64,000 nucleotides of DNA, from contig JAUCBJ010002579.1 of assembly GCA_032718475.1 (NCBI GenBank), positions 1 to 64,000 on the forward strand, read 5' to 3'. Made by a program: the position numbers and the translations under genes. Source of the stretch: Nemertoderma westbladi. Taxonomy: Eukaryota > Animalia > Xenacoelomorpha. The notes beneath the pieces were generated by a model that had not been told where the DNA came from, did no database searches, and saw nothing but the letters and a program-made list of their open reading frames with translations. This document shows, one piece after another, positions 48,641 to 61,103 of the stretch. Every line of letters begins with the position of its first letter. Positions within the stretch are counted from its first letter, which is position 1.

Positions 48641-49317
48641 ATCTTCCCGGTGAGAAGATAGCATTCACCTCTAGTGCGCTACAATTCCGCTGGATCTCGA
48701 CCTAGCATCGAGTGTGGGGTGGAACTATTTTTCTCGGAGCCGTCTTTCCAGACCGCCCCCTATGGGTATGATATCGCTACCCTGTTTACCTGGCATCCCG
48801 TGGCGGGCCGATCGTGCGCTCCTCTCACACGACTTTTGTTTCCCCAACACTTTCACCACTAACTCTACTCTGTTCTCACCCTGACTCTCCTCTACTTCTC
48901 CTCACTTCCGCTCTAACTCTCGGACTTCCCTGTCCCTCACTCAGCCTCTTATTCCTCCCCCCCACACTTGAATTGCACCCGCACTCTCTCCGCACTACAA
49001 CTCAACCCCTATCTCTCCCACTCACTCCCGACGAGTTTCACCCCCCTCCTGTGCCGTCGCACTCAAGAAGTGTGATGTCGTCCAGTGTCTCGTCCGTGAT
49101 AGTATTATAGTCTATTGGTCCCCAGTCCCAGTAGCTAATTGAGAAAAAGGTTGTACGACTATAGTACTTACTTTGATTGTATTTACTTTCTAAACTAATG
49201 ATGATTACTACGTACGTACATACTAATTGCACTTTTCAATTATTTAAATTACTTGAATTCGTACTTAGGAGTTCGCACGTCTCGCGTGGTGCCTTCCAGG
49301 CATATCACATCGATGCC

Positions 49318-51979
49318 TTAGTTCGTTCCACCTGCCTTTGGGAACCACCTCAACTCTTTCCCTCTATCGTCCTCCTCCCTTGGTCGTTTCCTGGTCACTG
49401 CCGCTCCTTTGATCTTGTCTGCTTTCAGGCTCCTGACCCTCGCCGTCACCTCTTTACTAATCCCGGTCGTCGACTCCTTGGGCGCTGGTGTTATTAGCTC
49501 CCGGTATCGCTTCGCGGGTGGCCCCTCCGAGTGGCCCTGTTGTCTCCCCCTGGTGGCGTCCCATAGGATCACTTTCATCGCCCGCGGCACATGCTCCGCC
49601 AAGAAATCCCTGAACTCTCCTCTGTTCTGTGGCGTCCACCTGTCCAAATACCTCTGCGTATTTATCACTCCGGCATACGACGCCGCCGTCGCCACTTCCT
49701 GGTAGGTAAACGGAAGCCTCCGTTTGATAATCTCCATGTGGGCCTCCTGATTGATGTTAAAGAAGCCCCACCGGAACTCCTGGGCCTTCATGCGTTGCCG
49801 AGTCATGGCTCCGACGTCGGCCCACTCCTCGAAGACCCTAAACTTCTCTTCGTCGTCCATCCAGTCGCACTGGCGTCCGTAGTGTCCCCGAAAGTTGCAC
49901 TTCGAGCACCGGTTGTGCAACCGTGGACACGCCCCCATCCTGTGGCTCGACTCGCGGCAGTAGAGACAACTAGTCCCTTTCTGGAACCGGTACAAACAGC
50001 TTCTTTCCTGATGGGTCTGTCTCCCACAGTAGTCACAGCTGAGCACCAATGTCTCCCGCCCCACATCGTCTTTCGTCCCAAGCGATCTCCGCGGTCTGTG
50101 GAGTCGCTGGTAAGCGAACTTCCAGACGTTAGCGTCCCTGTCTACGTCGATCTCCTCGCCCCTCCCGGGCATCGTCTCCCCGAATACTACCTGTGGTGCT
50201 GTCCCCGGTTGCTCGCCCAACCTGATAGTGCTCCCCGCGAAATCCATCACCGGCTCCTCGTGCACCCAGGCCCGCTTGCCGGGTCTATCCCAGAAGGCCC
50301 TCGCCCCACTGGCCGTCACCACCCTCCCGCCAACCCAGTCCGTGTCCGAGTGGCCGATCCTCCCGATGGGTGGCATCTCTCCGAACTCATCGTCGTCCTC
50401 GTCCTCCTCTGGCAGCGGCTCCAACCCCGGTACCCCGGTGGACCCACTGTGGCCCTTCCCGCCTTGGCTCTCGCCCGTAACTTTCCATCCATCTAGCTCC
50501 CCTAGCCTCCTAAGCGGCTGATCGCCATCGGCTCCCGCTGGTATGGGCGTCGTCTGCAATCCCGACATCGACTGTTTCGGTGATCCCACCGTCCATCCCA
50601 ATTCTCGCCCTAGAGACTCCCCCGAACTCCGTGATGAGGTCCAACGAAGTTCGTCTAAGGCCGCGTTCCTCGAAGCCGTAGCTCTGTGCCCTAGCTTCCT
50701 CCTACCTTTCCTCTGCTTCTCTCCTCTCCTGTCTAGCGATTTCTTCCAATCGCTTCACTTCTCGTCTATCCGTCTCTAGCTGCTCCCACCTCTGATACGG
50801 CGTATCTACCTCCCCGTCTACCAGATGTCGGCTGTTGTAGTACACCGACTCGCCCTTCAGCCCCGGGTGGTCTACCAGACCCCCGAAAGCCGTCTTAAAG
50901 GCTCTTCTGTAGCTTAGGGGTGATCCCGATAATAGGAATGCCGTTGGTTCCCTCTCGATAACCACGGTCATGAATAGGTTAAGCAAACCCATCATTATCC
51001 AGTCCTCCTGTAGGATATATCGCTTCTGATATACCTTTATCGCTCCTCTCCGGAATTGATACACCTCTTGTCTCCCTGGCCTCGCTCCCCACTTCAGCGA
51101 GTTCGCCAAGTCCGCTACATACTCCCCTCTGAACTTACTCCAGTCCATCGGTTTGTGACACATGAGCCCCATTAGCTGGCCCATTGCCACCGCCCCGCAA
51201 TGTCCTGTGTTCTCCACTAGTCCCAACCCGTCTGAGGCTGTCATAGCCATATAGACTGTCTGCATATCCAGAAGGTTGGGGGTGTCCGGACCGATGATTC
51301 TCTCCGCGTCATCGCGAATCGCCGATCCCACTTTCGTCATCGACTTCTCTCTCACTAGGGTTTGCACCGCCTTCGGCAACCGGTTCAACTTTGGCCCGTC
51401 CTTCTTTCCATACGTTCCTAGATCGAATAGGAATATATCCCCATTTGGCGCGGCCAAATGTAGGAGTATGGTTCTGGCCGACCCCGCCGATCCTCTCCTC
51501 GAACCCTCCTCGTCTTCCACGGTCCCCTCATCGTCTAGGACCATGTATCCTTCTCTGCTGACGGACTCTACGAACCTCTTCCAATCTTTCATCGGTGGCT
51601 CTCTCGCATACTTCGGAATCCCGAACTTCGCCTCGTCTCCTTTCACCATGTAGTGGAAATGCTCGAAGATCGCATTGTCCAGCGACGGCGTCCCATAGGT
51701 CCCGACCAGCCGCTGTTCGTGCACCTCTCTGAAATGGTCTTGTAGCACTCGCGCTGCGTGGCCTCTCTCTAACCGCTCGTAGTATCCCCTCGTCTTTTCT
51801 TCCGGATGCCTCTTGGTGAAATCCACCAGTATCTCCTTTCCTCCTGACTCCGCCTTTCTCTTCCTGATCAGTTTCCCCGCCATTCCGAACTCTCTCACTC
51901 GCTCACCTGTAAGGTGGTGCCTTGCCAAGGCGCAGTACAGATGAGTGATAGGTTTAAGATGGTCTGTACAGTTCGACAA
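49318..51979 (-). CDS. BEL-C ORF3: DEDDy 3'-5' exonuclease (WRN/EXD/Mut-7-like), acidic linker and three zinc knuckles; one frameshift at ~50704
   Basis: ExoI YMVLDDEG, then LLHLAAPNGDIFLFDL, ExoII LPKAVQTLVREKSMTKVGSAIRDDAERI, LLDMQTVY, KPMDWS and ExoIII-like YQKRYILQED. Removing one base at 50704 fuses 50702-51979 with 49318-50601 (EER-RRKLGH) into about 886 aa containing CX2CX4HX4C x2 and CX2CX3GHX4C. Confidence 0.78.
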
Positions 51980-52349
51980 TGGCCTATTTTCTACTTAATT
52001 CTGAGTTATAGCCTAAATTTTACTACTTAGTTTCTGAAACTGTCAAATTGTGCCCTAAATTACAATTTTGTCCGTTACTTTAATTATGTTCCAGAATTTA
52101 CTTTCTAGTGTTACCATAATTTGTTAATTTTCTAATTTCTTATTTATTTTAATTTTGATTTAATTCAATCCTACTACTGTGCTACTACTTACTATTGCCA
52201 ATGGATTACTCTATTTCATAATCCACATTCTGGCCTACTCTGTGGGCTTGTGCAGTACAACAGTATGCGTCGCGCGGCCTACACGATTTGTCCAGCTGTA
52301 CTCATATGCCCCCCTCTCGCTACTCACTACTAATCCTCACCACTACTAT

Positions 52350-52700
52350 CTGGTACTATGTACCCTCTTACTAACTTCTAACTAACTTCTACCAACCGGT
52401 ACTACGTACCCTCTTACTAACCTCTAACTCCACTTAACTAACTAACGGTACTACGTACCCTCTTACTAACCTCTAACTCCACTAACTAACTAACGGTACT
52501 ACGTAACCTCTTACTAACTCTAACTCCACTAACTAACTAAGCAGTACTACGTACCCTCTTACTAACTCTAACTCTCTCCAACTAACTAACCGGTACTACG
52601 TACCCTCTTACTAACTCTAACTCTCTCCAACTAACTAACCAGTACTACATACCCTCTTACTAACTCTAACTCTCTGCCTAACTCTTACTAACTTCCATCT
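52350..52700. repeat. ~50-bp tandem repeat in the BEL-C pol-ORF3 spacer
   Basis: About seven copies of GGTACTACGTACCCTCTTACTAACTCTAACTCC..ACTAACTAAC. Confidence 0.88.
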
Positions 52701-52818
52701 ACCTACTTACTCTTTCTTTATTTATTATTTTTTTTATATATTTTATGTGTGGGAAGGGCGTCTCGCCCTCAATCCCACCCCCCTCAGTCCAAAACTTGGA
52801 CGACTAAACTCTACTCGT

Positions 52819-55800
52819 CTAAGGTGCTCCCTCTAGTAGGCAGCACTTGCCTACAGCCCTTCTGTAGGTCTTTCTATCTTTCGCTCCTATTTTTCCACCT
52901 ATCCGCACTTCTACTGATTGGACTCCTCCATCCTCGTCGGAGTAAGTGCCCACAACTCTCGCCAACCGCCATTGGTTGTTGATGATGGTATCGTCCGTGA
53001 CGATCACCAGGTCACCCTCCTTTAGCTCTCTGTTCGTGTTTCTTCACTTACTTCTCCTATGGAGCATGGGTAGATATTCCTCGACCCACCTCCTCCAGTA
53101 CTCTGCGCTTATCGCCTTAGCGACTTTCCAACTCTGTCGGGAGTGTATATCGTCTGGGTCTACACCCCGCATGTCGATGGTCGCTGGCCTCTCCATTAGA
53201 AAGTGACTAGGCGTCAGCACGTCTAATGACTCCGGGTCATCATTTTCTGGATATAGCGGTCTGCTATTAATGATACCCTCGCACTTTGCTAGTACCGTCC
53301 TCAGCATGTCCTCTGTTACCATGTGGGTGTTCATCAATTTCGTCATCAGACGCTTGGAACTACCCACTAGTCTCTCGACGCATCCTAGAGTATACGGAGC
53401 ATACGGCGTCCTCCTCTCCCACTTCACCTGTCGTATTCTCATGGCTGCCCTGACTTCTTCCCCTTCCAGGATATCCAAGGCATCTGCCATCTCGTTCTCT
53501 GCCCCCACAAAGTTGGTTCCGCTGTCAGAATATATTACTGCAATCGTCCCACCTTTGCTGTCTCAGAACCTTTCTAGAGCATTAATGAATGCTGATGCGG
53601 TTGCATCTTGGGCGAGTTCTATCCCTACCGCCCGTGTGTTGTTACATACGAAGATGATGCCGTAGCGCTTCTCCGTGTGCCGCATCACCTTAATCTTTAT
53701 CGGCCCGAACATATCCACACCGCAATGCGTAAATGGTGGGTCGTGCTGTCTTACTCTACTGGCCGGTAGTGGCGCCATTTCCTGTATGGCCCACTCCTTC
53801 TTAGCTCGTCGGCAGGTCTGGCACTGCCCCACTACTGCCTTTACCTTCTTTCTCAACTGTTTGACCCAAAAGGTCCTTCGTATCTCTGTGAGGGTTCGGT
53901 TGGTGCCCCCGTGCAATATCGACTTATGGGAGTCCCAGATGATCTGGTGGACTATCGGTGATCCATTAGGGATGATGATGGGCTTTGGTGGGATGAAAAT
54001 ACTGTTGTTGTTCAACACCCTAGAGTTCATTACTAGGATCCCGTCATCATTGAGTTGTGGTGACAGTGCGATCAGCTCGCTGTCCCGTCGGAGATGCTGT
54101 TGTTTACCAACGCGTTCCACCTCGTCGCCGTAATTCTTCCTCTGTTCGTAGCGGATGATGGCTTTGGCTGCCCCCTCCAGATCGACGGTTATTTTACCCC
54201 TTGTATCTCTACCGATTCCCCTAAGGAAGTCCCCGAAGGCTCTCCAGTACGCCACTAACTTCTTGGTCTTATACCAACTAGAGCTGTAGCTAAGGAGTTT
54301 GTCCATTGGGTTATTGCACAGTTCTTCCGGATTCGGTTGCACATCCCTTATCTCCCTCACCATCTGGCTGTATATCTCCTCACCTTCTGAATCTACTTCC
54401 TCCTCCTCTAACGCTACTTGTTCTGCGCCCAGGTCCACCTTTCTCATCGGCGGCCAGGCTGTCTTATCGTTCAGAAATTGTGGCCCATGCTGCCACAATA
54501 CTTCCTTCCTCAAGAAAGTGTGGCGTGCCACACCCCTTGATAACAAGTCCACTGGGTTCTCGTCCATTGGGCAGTAGTGCCACCTTCCTAACTCTGTGGT
54601 TGCCCTTATTTCGTCCACCCTATTTGCGATGAATATAGGGTATCTCGTCCATTCGTTATGTAGCCAACCGAGCACTACCATGGAATCCGTCCAGTAGTGT
54701 GTTTCCACTATGTTGGGAATAGCGTCCACTAAGTAGGCTGTGGCCCTAACTCCTAATCTCGCAGCTGTCAACTCGAGTTTCGGAACTGATGCTGAATCTG
54801 GTGGCGTCGACTTCGCTTTGCTGAATGCGAGTCTGGGCTTGTGAGCCCCCTCTCGTTGTACTAAGTAGAGTGCCACTCCGTATGCCTCTAATGACGCATC
54901 GGAGAACATGTGCAGATCCAGATTCGTCATGTCCCCATCCGGAAAATATACACGTGGTATGCTGTATGTTCCCATCTGCTCTAAACTCTCTGTCCACTTG
55001 TTCCATTGCTTACTAATCTCTTCCGGGACCTCTGTGTCCCACTCGTCCTTTAATTTGTATACTCTCTTGAGTATCTGTTTCCCCGTGACTAGTAATGGGG
55101 ATGCTAGGCCTAGGGGATCGTATATCCTCGCTATATACGACACATAGCCCCTCTTTGTGTGGATGCCTGCGCCCTCCTGACTCAACTGGTATTTTAGCTC
55201 GTCTGTCTCTCGGTCCCACACGATTCCTAGTGCCTTCTGCTGGGACTCCACTCTCTTGTTCGCCATGTCCTGTTCCTTGGCTGTCGTGGGATTATCCATG
55301 GTCGACTCTGGCCTCCTGTCCTCTATGGCTTTCATGAACTCTTGCGAGCTGGATTGGAACTTGGTTAGGTTGAACCCGGATCCTTTTAGGATGTCGCAAA
55401 CCTCGCGCCCCGTGTCCAGTAGTTCCTTAACCGTATTTCCAGACTCCATCCCGTCGTCTACATAGAAACCTCGTCGAATCATATTGACGGCTTTGGCGCT
55501 GAATTTATCTTCCTTTCCCTCTACTGTGTCTCTTACGGCCACAGTCGTTGTAAACGAAGACGACTTGGCTCCCATATTCTGTACTATCATCTTATACATT
55601 GGTATGGTCGACGGTTCCTCGCCGCCATCATACCATAGGAAGCGCTGGCTGTCGCTATCCTCTTCCGTTACACGGACTTGGTTGAACATGCCTTCGATGT
55701 CACAGGTGAAAGCGTGTTTACCATTCCTGAATCTGAGTAGGACCTCGATCCCTGAGTTGTAGATGTTGGGACCCTCCAGCAGATAATCGTTTAGGCATTT

Positions 55801-58800
55801 TCCGTTGGTCTTGGCTGATGCATCAACTACCATCCGCAGTTTACCTTTCTTCGGGTCTAGAGCCACATGGAGTGGCAGGTAATAGGTACTGTCCGTGTTT
55901 GGTTCGTTGACCGGTAATTCCACGGCCCATCCTTTCTCAACATACTTTCTAATTGTCTTGTGAATGTACTCATTCTTCTTGGGGCTCTGTTTCAGCGTTT
56001 GCTTCAACTTATGAAGCCTCGTGAGTACCATCCCTTTATTGTCAGGCAGCGGTAGCTTCAGTAGCTTCCATACCATCCCTATGGTATACCGCCCCTCATC
56101 GCATGTCATCTATTCCTTTACACTTTGTAAAGCCTGCTTGTCTTCTACCGAGGTTCCGACCCCGGTCTCCTTTAATCCCTCAAAATCCTGCCTGAGCAGT
56201 CTCTTGAGCTGCTCCTCCGCTCGCTCATCTCCCATTTCTTGCATAGTTCCCACGAACATGCATCCTGATGTCTCCGACATCCTAAATGGTATCTTACTCC
56301 TGATTGGGCCACTCAGCGTCCACCCGAATGGTGTTAATATCGCCACCGGGTCACACTGCCTGTCTTCGCCAAAGACCGTTCGCATTCTCTCGTGGGCCGT
56401 CGGGCAGTCCATTCCTACTATGATGGATACCTTCCTGACGTCCACCTCTGGGATTGAGAAATCAATACTGTCAATCTGTATTGTTCAACCTCGATGTTGG
56501 TTGGCCGCCTGGCGTTAATATTTATCGAATCTATCACCTGGATGGGGTCGATGGTCGCACCATAGTCGCATCCCGGTGCTATCGCTGCTATCGTCTTTGC
56601 TGGAGATGGTTGTTACCACCATTCTACTTGGCCTCGTTCTCAATCCTATCTCTTCGGCCACCCAATCCTCAACTAAGGTGAATGCTGCACAACTGTCGAC
56701 CAGCATGAGCGTAGTTACTGATCGATTGCCTTCACCGATTATCCTTACTGGTACTACCCCTAATAGTACCGTTCCTCTCTTCCTCGCCACTACGGTGCTC
56801 GTTGCCATTGTCTGTCCTTTACTCTGACCGAACTTAATTGGCGTTTCTTTGCATTGGTTGGCTCTATGTCCACTCATCACACATCGCGAGCAGATTTCAT
56901 TTTTTCTCGCGTATTCTACCTGATCTTCCCTGGGTAGCGCTTGCCAGTACCTGGAGTTCATGGGTCGGCCTACTGGGCGTGCTGGGGTTGTGTTTATTTG
57001 TGTTGTTATTTTCCCCTGTCCGCTCCATGATGTGGTCTTACCCCCAGCTACTTGTGGACTGGTAGTCCCCTGCGTTGCTGCGTACGGCAGTGACTGCCTG
57101 AGCTTTGGCAATTCGTTCGACGCGTTGTGCTCTGGTTTCGGCCTGTGGTAATCGGTCTTTGGTCCCTTTCCCAGGCTATCCTCGCTATAGACTGGGTCCG
57201 TTATAAGTTCAGCTTCATAGTTTAAGAAGCTTGACATCTCTTCTAAACCCGGTTTCACACCCTTCTTATCTCGAGTGGAGAAAGCGATTTTCCTCCACTT
57301 ATTGCGCAGCAAAATCGGTAGTGCCTGCGCTATCGTAGTGATGTTGTTGGACGCGTTGAGTTCGTATGGCGCGTCCAGCATCTTTAGCACGATTAGCGCC
57401 TTCTCGACTTTGTTAGCGAATGTCTTTATGCTAACAGGGTTATCCTGTAGGCCACCCGATGTATTACCTCTCAGGGTCTGCCGGATGATCTTGGCCGGGT
57501 GCCCGTATTCCCTGTCTAACGCCCGCCATGCCGTCATGAAGCCACCCTCGATGCCCTGGTATTGCCTCACGATGTCATATGCTGGGCCCCCTGTATATAC
57601 TTGCAGATACTTTAGGCACTCCGCCTGCGTCAAATTCTTTGTTAATATTTCGTTACTATACATACGCCGAAACTGTAGGTATTCTTCCGGCCTACTTCCA
57701 TCGAATTTGAATGGTTCCACGGGTGGTAACTCGATTCTGGTCTTTAGTGCATCGATTAACGTGGCCATCCCCATCGCCTGCGCTTCCAATGGGTTCGATG
57801 GGTGCTGTATAGGTTCTCCCATTGGGTGCGGTCCGTTCGTCCTGTCTACCGCTTTCCTCTGACTTGGATATATCATAGGGGGTAGCAGCCCCCTCCATAT
57901 TTCTGTGTCGCACGATCTATTCTCGTCCAAGGGGTTCGATGTTCTTACTCCTATTGGGGTATAATGTTGATATTGTGATGGGGGAATGTCACCCTGTCCC
58001 CCCCCCCCCCCCCCACCGGTATGTTTGGTACTGGGGTTGATGTTAATATATTGGGGCCCATACACCTATCCGTAATAAGTCTCCCCTCCCCTGGGTATAT
58101 GTTATGTCCTTGCATGCTGTAGTCATACTGTTGTGCTGGTACCGGTATAGGCCTATCCACTTCTGGCCTACCCGCCGGTATATACTCCGCTACTTCCGGG
58201 TTTAATCCCGTTGTTTGCGCTATCCTATCGCCTACATTATCTCTCCCAGCATGGCTTATGGTATGTGCAGTAAGGCCTACAGTATGTCCTGCAGTCTGTA
58301 TGTGTCGCTCGGGATCAAAGTTTATCCTTCTCGAATAATCCTCCCCGCGGCTACCGTATTCTCGATCGGTAGGTATATCCCGTCGGGAAGTTTCTCTTCG
58401 ACCCCCTCTACTGCTCTCGTCCTCGTGCCGGTACATCCTGTACCCCTCTCTCTGCTCGCAATACGCCTCGTCAGGTCGCGTTTCTCCGGGACGACGGCAA
58501 TCTCCCGAAGTTCGACCCCACTGACTCTCCGTCTCCACCTCTACTACCAACGGCTCACTATCCGTCCTCGCTCTCCTGTCGTTCGCGGCGACACTTCTTC
58601 TACTCTCTTCCTTTCTTCTCTCTGTAGTGCAGTATTCCCGCTCGTGAGATCTCTCGTCGACCTCCCGGTTAAACTCCACTGTTCTTCTTCCCTCTTCTGA
58701 TTGGGCTCGACGCCTCGTCGCTCGCCCTCTCGCGACTTCAACCTGTCTCTCTCTGCTCGATCGCATGCCGCTGGGGATACTCGTAATCCTCCTACTACTC

Positions 58801-61078
58801 TCCGTCGCCGGGTGCTGCGGTTCACCTAATTCGCCCCGCGCATTATCCGCCGACGCTTGTGGGACACTCTTTGCCCCCCCCCCCCCCCCCGCTCGCCGCT
58901 AATCTCTCGTTGTGGGGCTCCTATAGCCCCCCCCCCACTCGCCACATCTAACTTCACTATCTCTTAGTTCACTACTACACCCCTCTCTAGTCGACACATT
59001 AACCCTACTGCGGGTGGGTCTATTCACCCCCGCCTCTCCCTCTGCTACTGTGTGGCCTACCAGGCCCTCTACTTCCTGCCTACAAACTACGCGGCCTACC
59101 AGGCCCTCACTGGGTTGACTCAACCCCGCCACTTCCTGCCTACTAACTGCGTGGCCTACCAAGCCCTCGTCGGGTTGACTCAACCCTGCCACTTCCTGCC
59201 TACTAACTACGTGGCCTACCAGGCCCTCGTCCGTCGGGCTGTCTGCACCCGCCACGTTTATATTAATAGCACCATTACTAGTATCGCCCGTTAAATCAAT
59301 TAAATCCTCCAAATCAATTAAATTATTTTGCGCGCCTAAATTAGAAACGGAATTATTTTGTTCATTCGAAATAAGATTATTTGAATTATTTTGCGTATTT
59401 ATATTATTCGAATTATTTTGTAAATTTACATTATTTGAATTATTTAGTAAATTTAAATTTAAATTACTACTACTAGGTAAAGTATTTCCTGCAATGAAAG
59501 TTTGGTTAGAATTATCCAATACGGTACTATTAATATTAACGTTATCTACTGTATTATTATTACCCCCCCTGCCCGTACGGTCACACCAGTCTTGGGTCTG
59601 TCATGCGGTCCCTATAAGTGGGGTATTAATAAACGTTTCCACAGCCCTTGGCTCCTCGTAAATACTTGAGCCAGTCTCGCTCTCTGACAATCCCATCTGC
59701 GCCAGTTCCAGTCGGCGCTTCTGTTTGGCTTGATATTGAATAAGCCCCCTTAGGCAGGCATGTAAATCATCCCGCACACGCTTCCCCGCCGCCTCTCTTT
59801 CCAGATCCTCCCGTGCACTCTGGTCGGCTAATTCCACCTCTCTCGCAGCTCTCTCCAATCGTCTCGCCTCGCGCTCTTTTAGCTCGCTCTGCTCTCTCGC
59901 CTCACGCTCCTCACTTCTATTCTGCTCTCTCACCTCGTGCTCTTTTCGCTCGCTCTGCTCTCTCGCCTCACGCTCCTCACGTCTATTCTGCTCTCTCGCC
60001 TCGCGCTCTTTTCGCTCGCTATGGTCTCTTGCCTCACGCTCTTCTTGCTCCTTCCTTTCTATCCTCCCTATTTCCCCGCACTCCTTAAAGCTTCTCGCGG
60101 CCTTCTCAGCCTCTCTCTGTTCACTCTAACCAGTTCTTTCTCATTCTCTAGTAACGCACTCCCCTCCTCTAACTGTCTCTCTACTTCTCTCTGGTCTAGC
60201 ACCGCCAGATCGAGTTGGCACGCCAGATTTATTGCCGTCACCCGTCTTTCCTTTGCGGAGGATGTAGCAGACTTATCGGTTGTGACGGACTCTCTCCACC
60301 CTCCCGTCCTACTGACTTTCCCCCACCTCCCGGAACTTACTCCGACCGACGAGACCGAATCCTCGGGGTTAACCTCGGATTCGCCCTCCTCAGGTCTCCT
60401 CCAGCCCACTAACTTTACTCCCCGGGCATCGACTAAGTATGGCCCTACGTACACTACGCTAGGTTTCATACCCCTACATTCCCATAGTTCAAACAGTTCG
60501 CTGGCAACCCCTTTCGCTCTCTCGTCGGCTAGTTCTCCCTGCCCAAAACGCATTAGGTAATCAAAATGTCTGTTCGACTCACCTAGTCGTTTTCTCAACT
60601 TCACCTCGTCTATCTTCGCCCCTCCTTTGGCTTCTCTTAAATGCTTTCAGGTCGCGGCGTAGGCTCGTCGGAGCCAGTCACTGACCCCGACGTCCTCGTC
60701 GCCGACATCTCCTTTATCCCTCCGGGTCCGGCGTTGTACCGGCGGCCCCACCGTCGCCGTTCTGGTGGGCCGTCCGTCGCCCTCGGCCTGTGGCTGGCCG
60801 GCGACATCGGCACGTCGACCGCCACTGTGTGTCGACTCGTCTCTCTCCTCTCCTAACTCGTCTCTCCCTCCTCTCGGCTCGTCTTCTGGTTGTAGAAGGC
60901 CCCCATCATCTTTGGTTGCCGGGTCGCCCGTTATCGATGGGTCCAGCATCGTGGGTCTATACCGTCGTGTCGCGGCCTCGCGGATCGTTAGGTCGCCGTC
61001 CGGGGTCCGCGGCGGTGTCATTTCTCCTTCTCGACTCATCTTTACTTTACTTTGTCGGTTAGAGTCTGGTCTTGTCAC
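52819..61078 (-). pseudogene. BEL-C gag-pol with several stops and frameshifts and a very long low-complexity N-terminal region
   Basis: Gag FDGS..Y..F, CLKYLQVYTGG, AW..LDREYG; knuckle CSRCVMSGHRANQC; protease LVDSCA; RT FYVDD; RNase H FSDAS; integrase HKSILHGG..CQTC, GVDMFGP, GCVERLV; C-terminal WRLARVV..DEDGGVQSV. Fragments span 60647-61078 to 52819-53007. Confidence 0.93.
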
Positions 61079-61103
61079 TAGGGTAGCTGCTCGTTCTTAT
61101 CAC

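Noticed and set aside
49591-50496. Plus-strand 301-aa ORF and other antisense ORFs within the BEL elements
   Set aside because: No recognisable motifs; expected opposite GC-rich coding sequence.
49318-51979. ORF3 as a retroviral-type env gene
   Set aside because: No signal peptide or transmembrane anchor; it carries nuclease-like and zinc-knuckle motifs instead.
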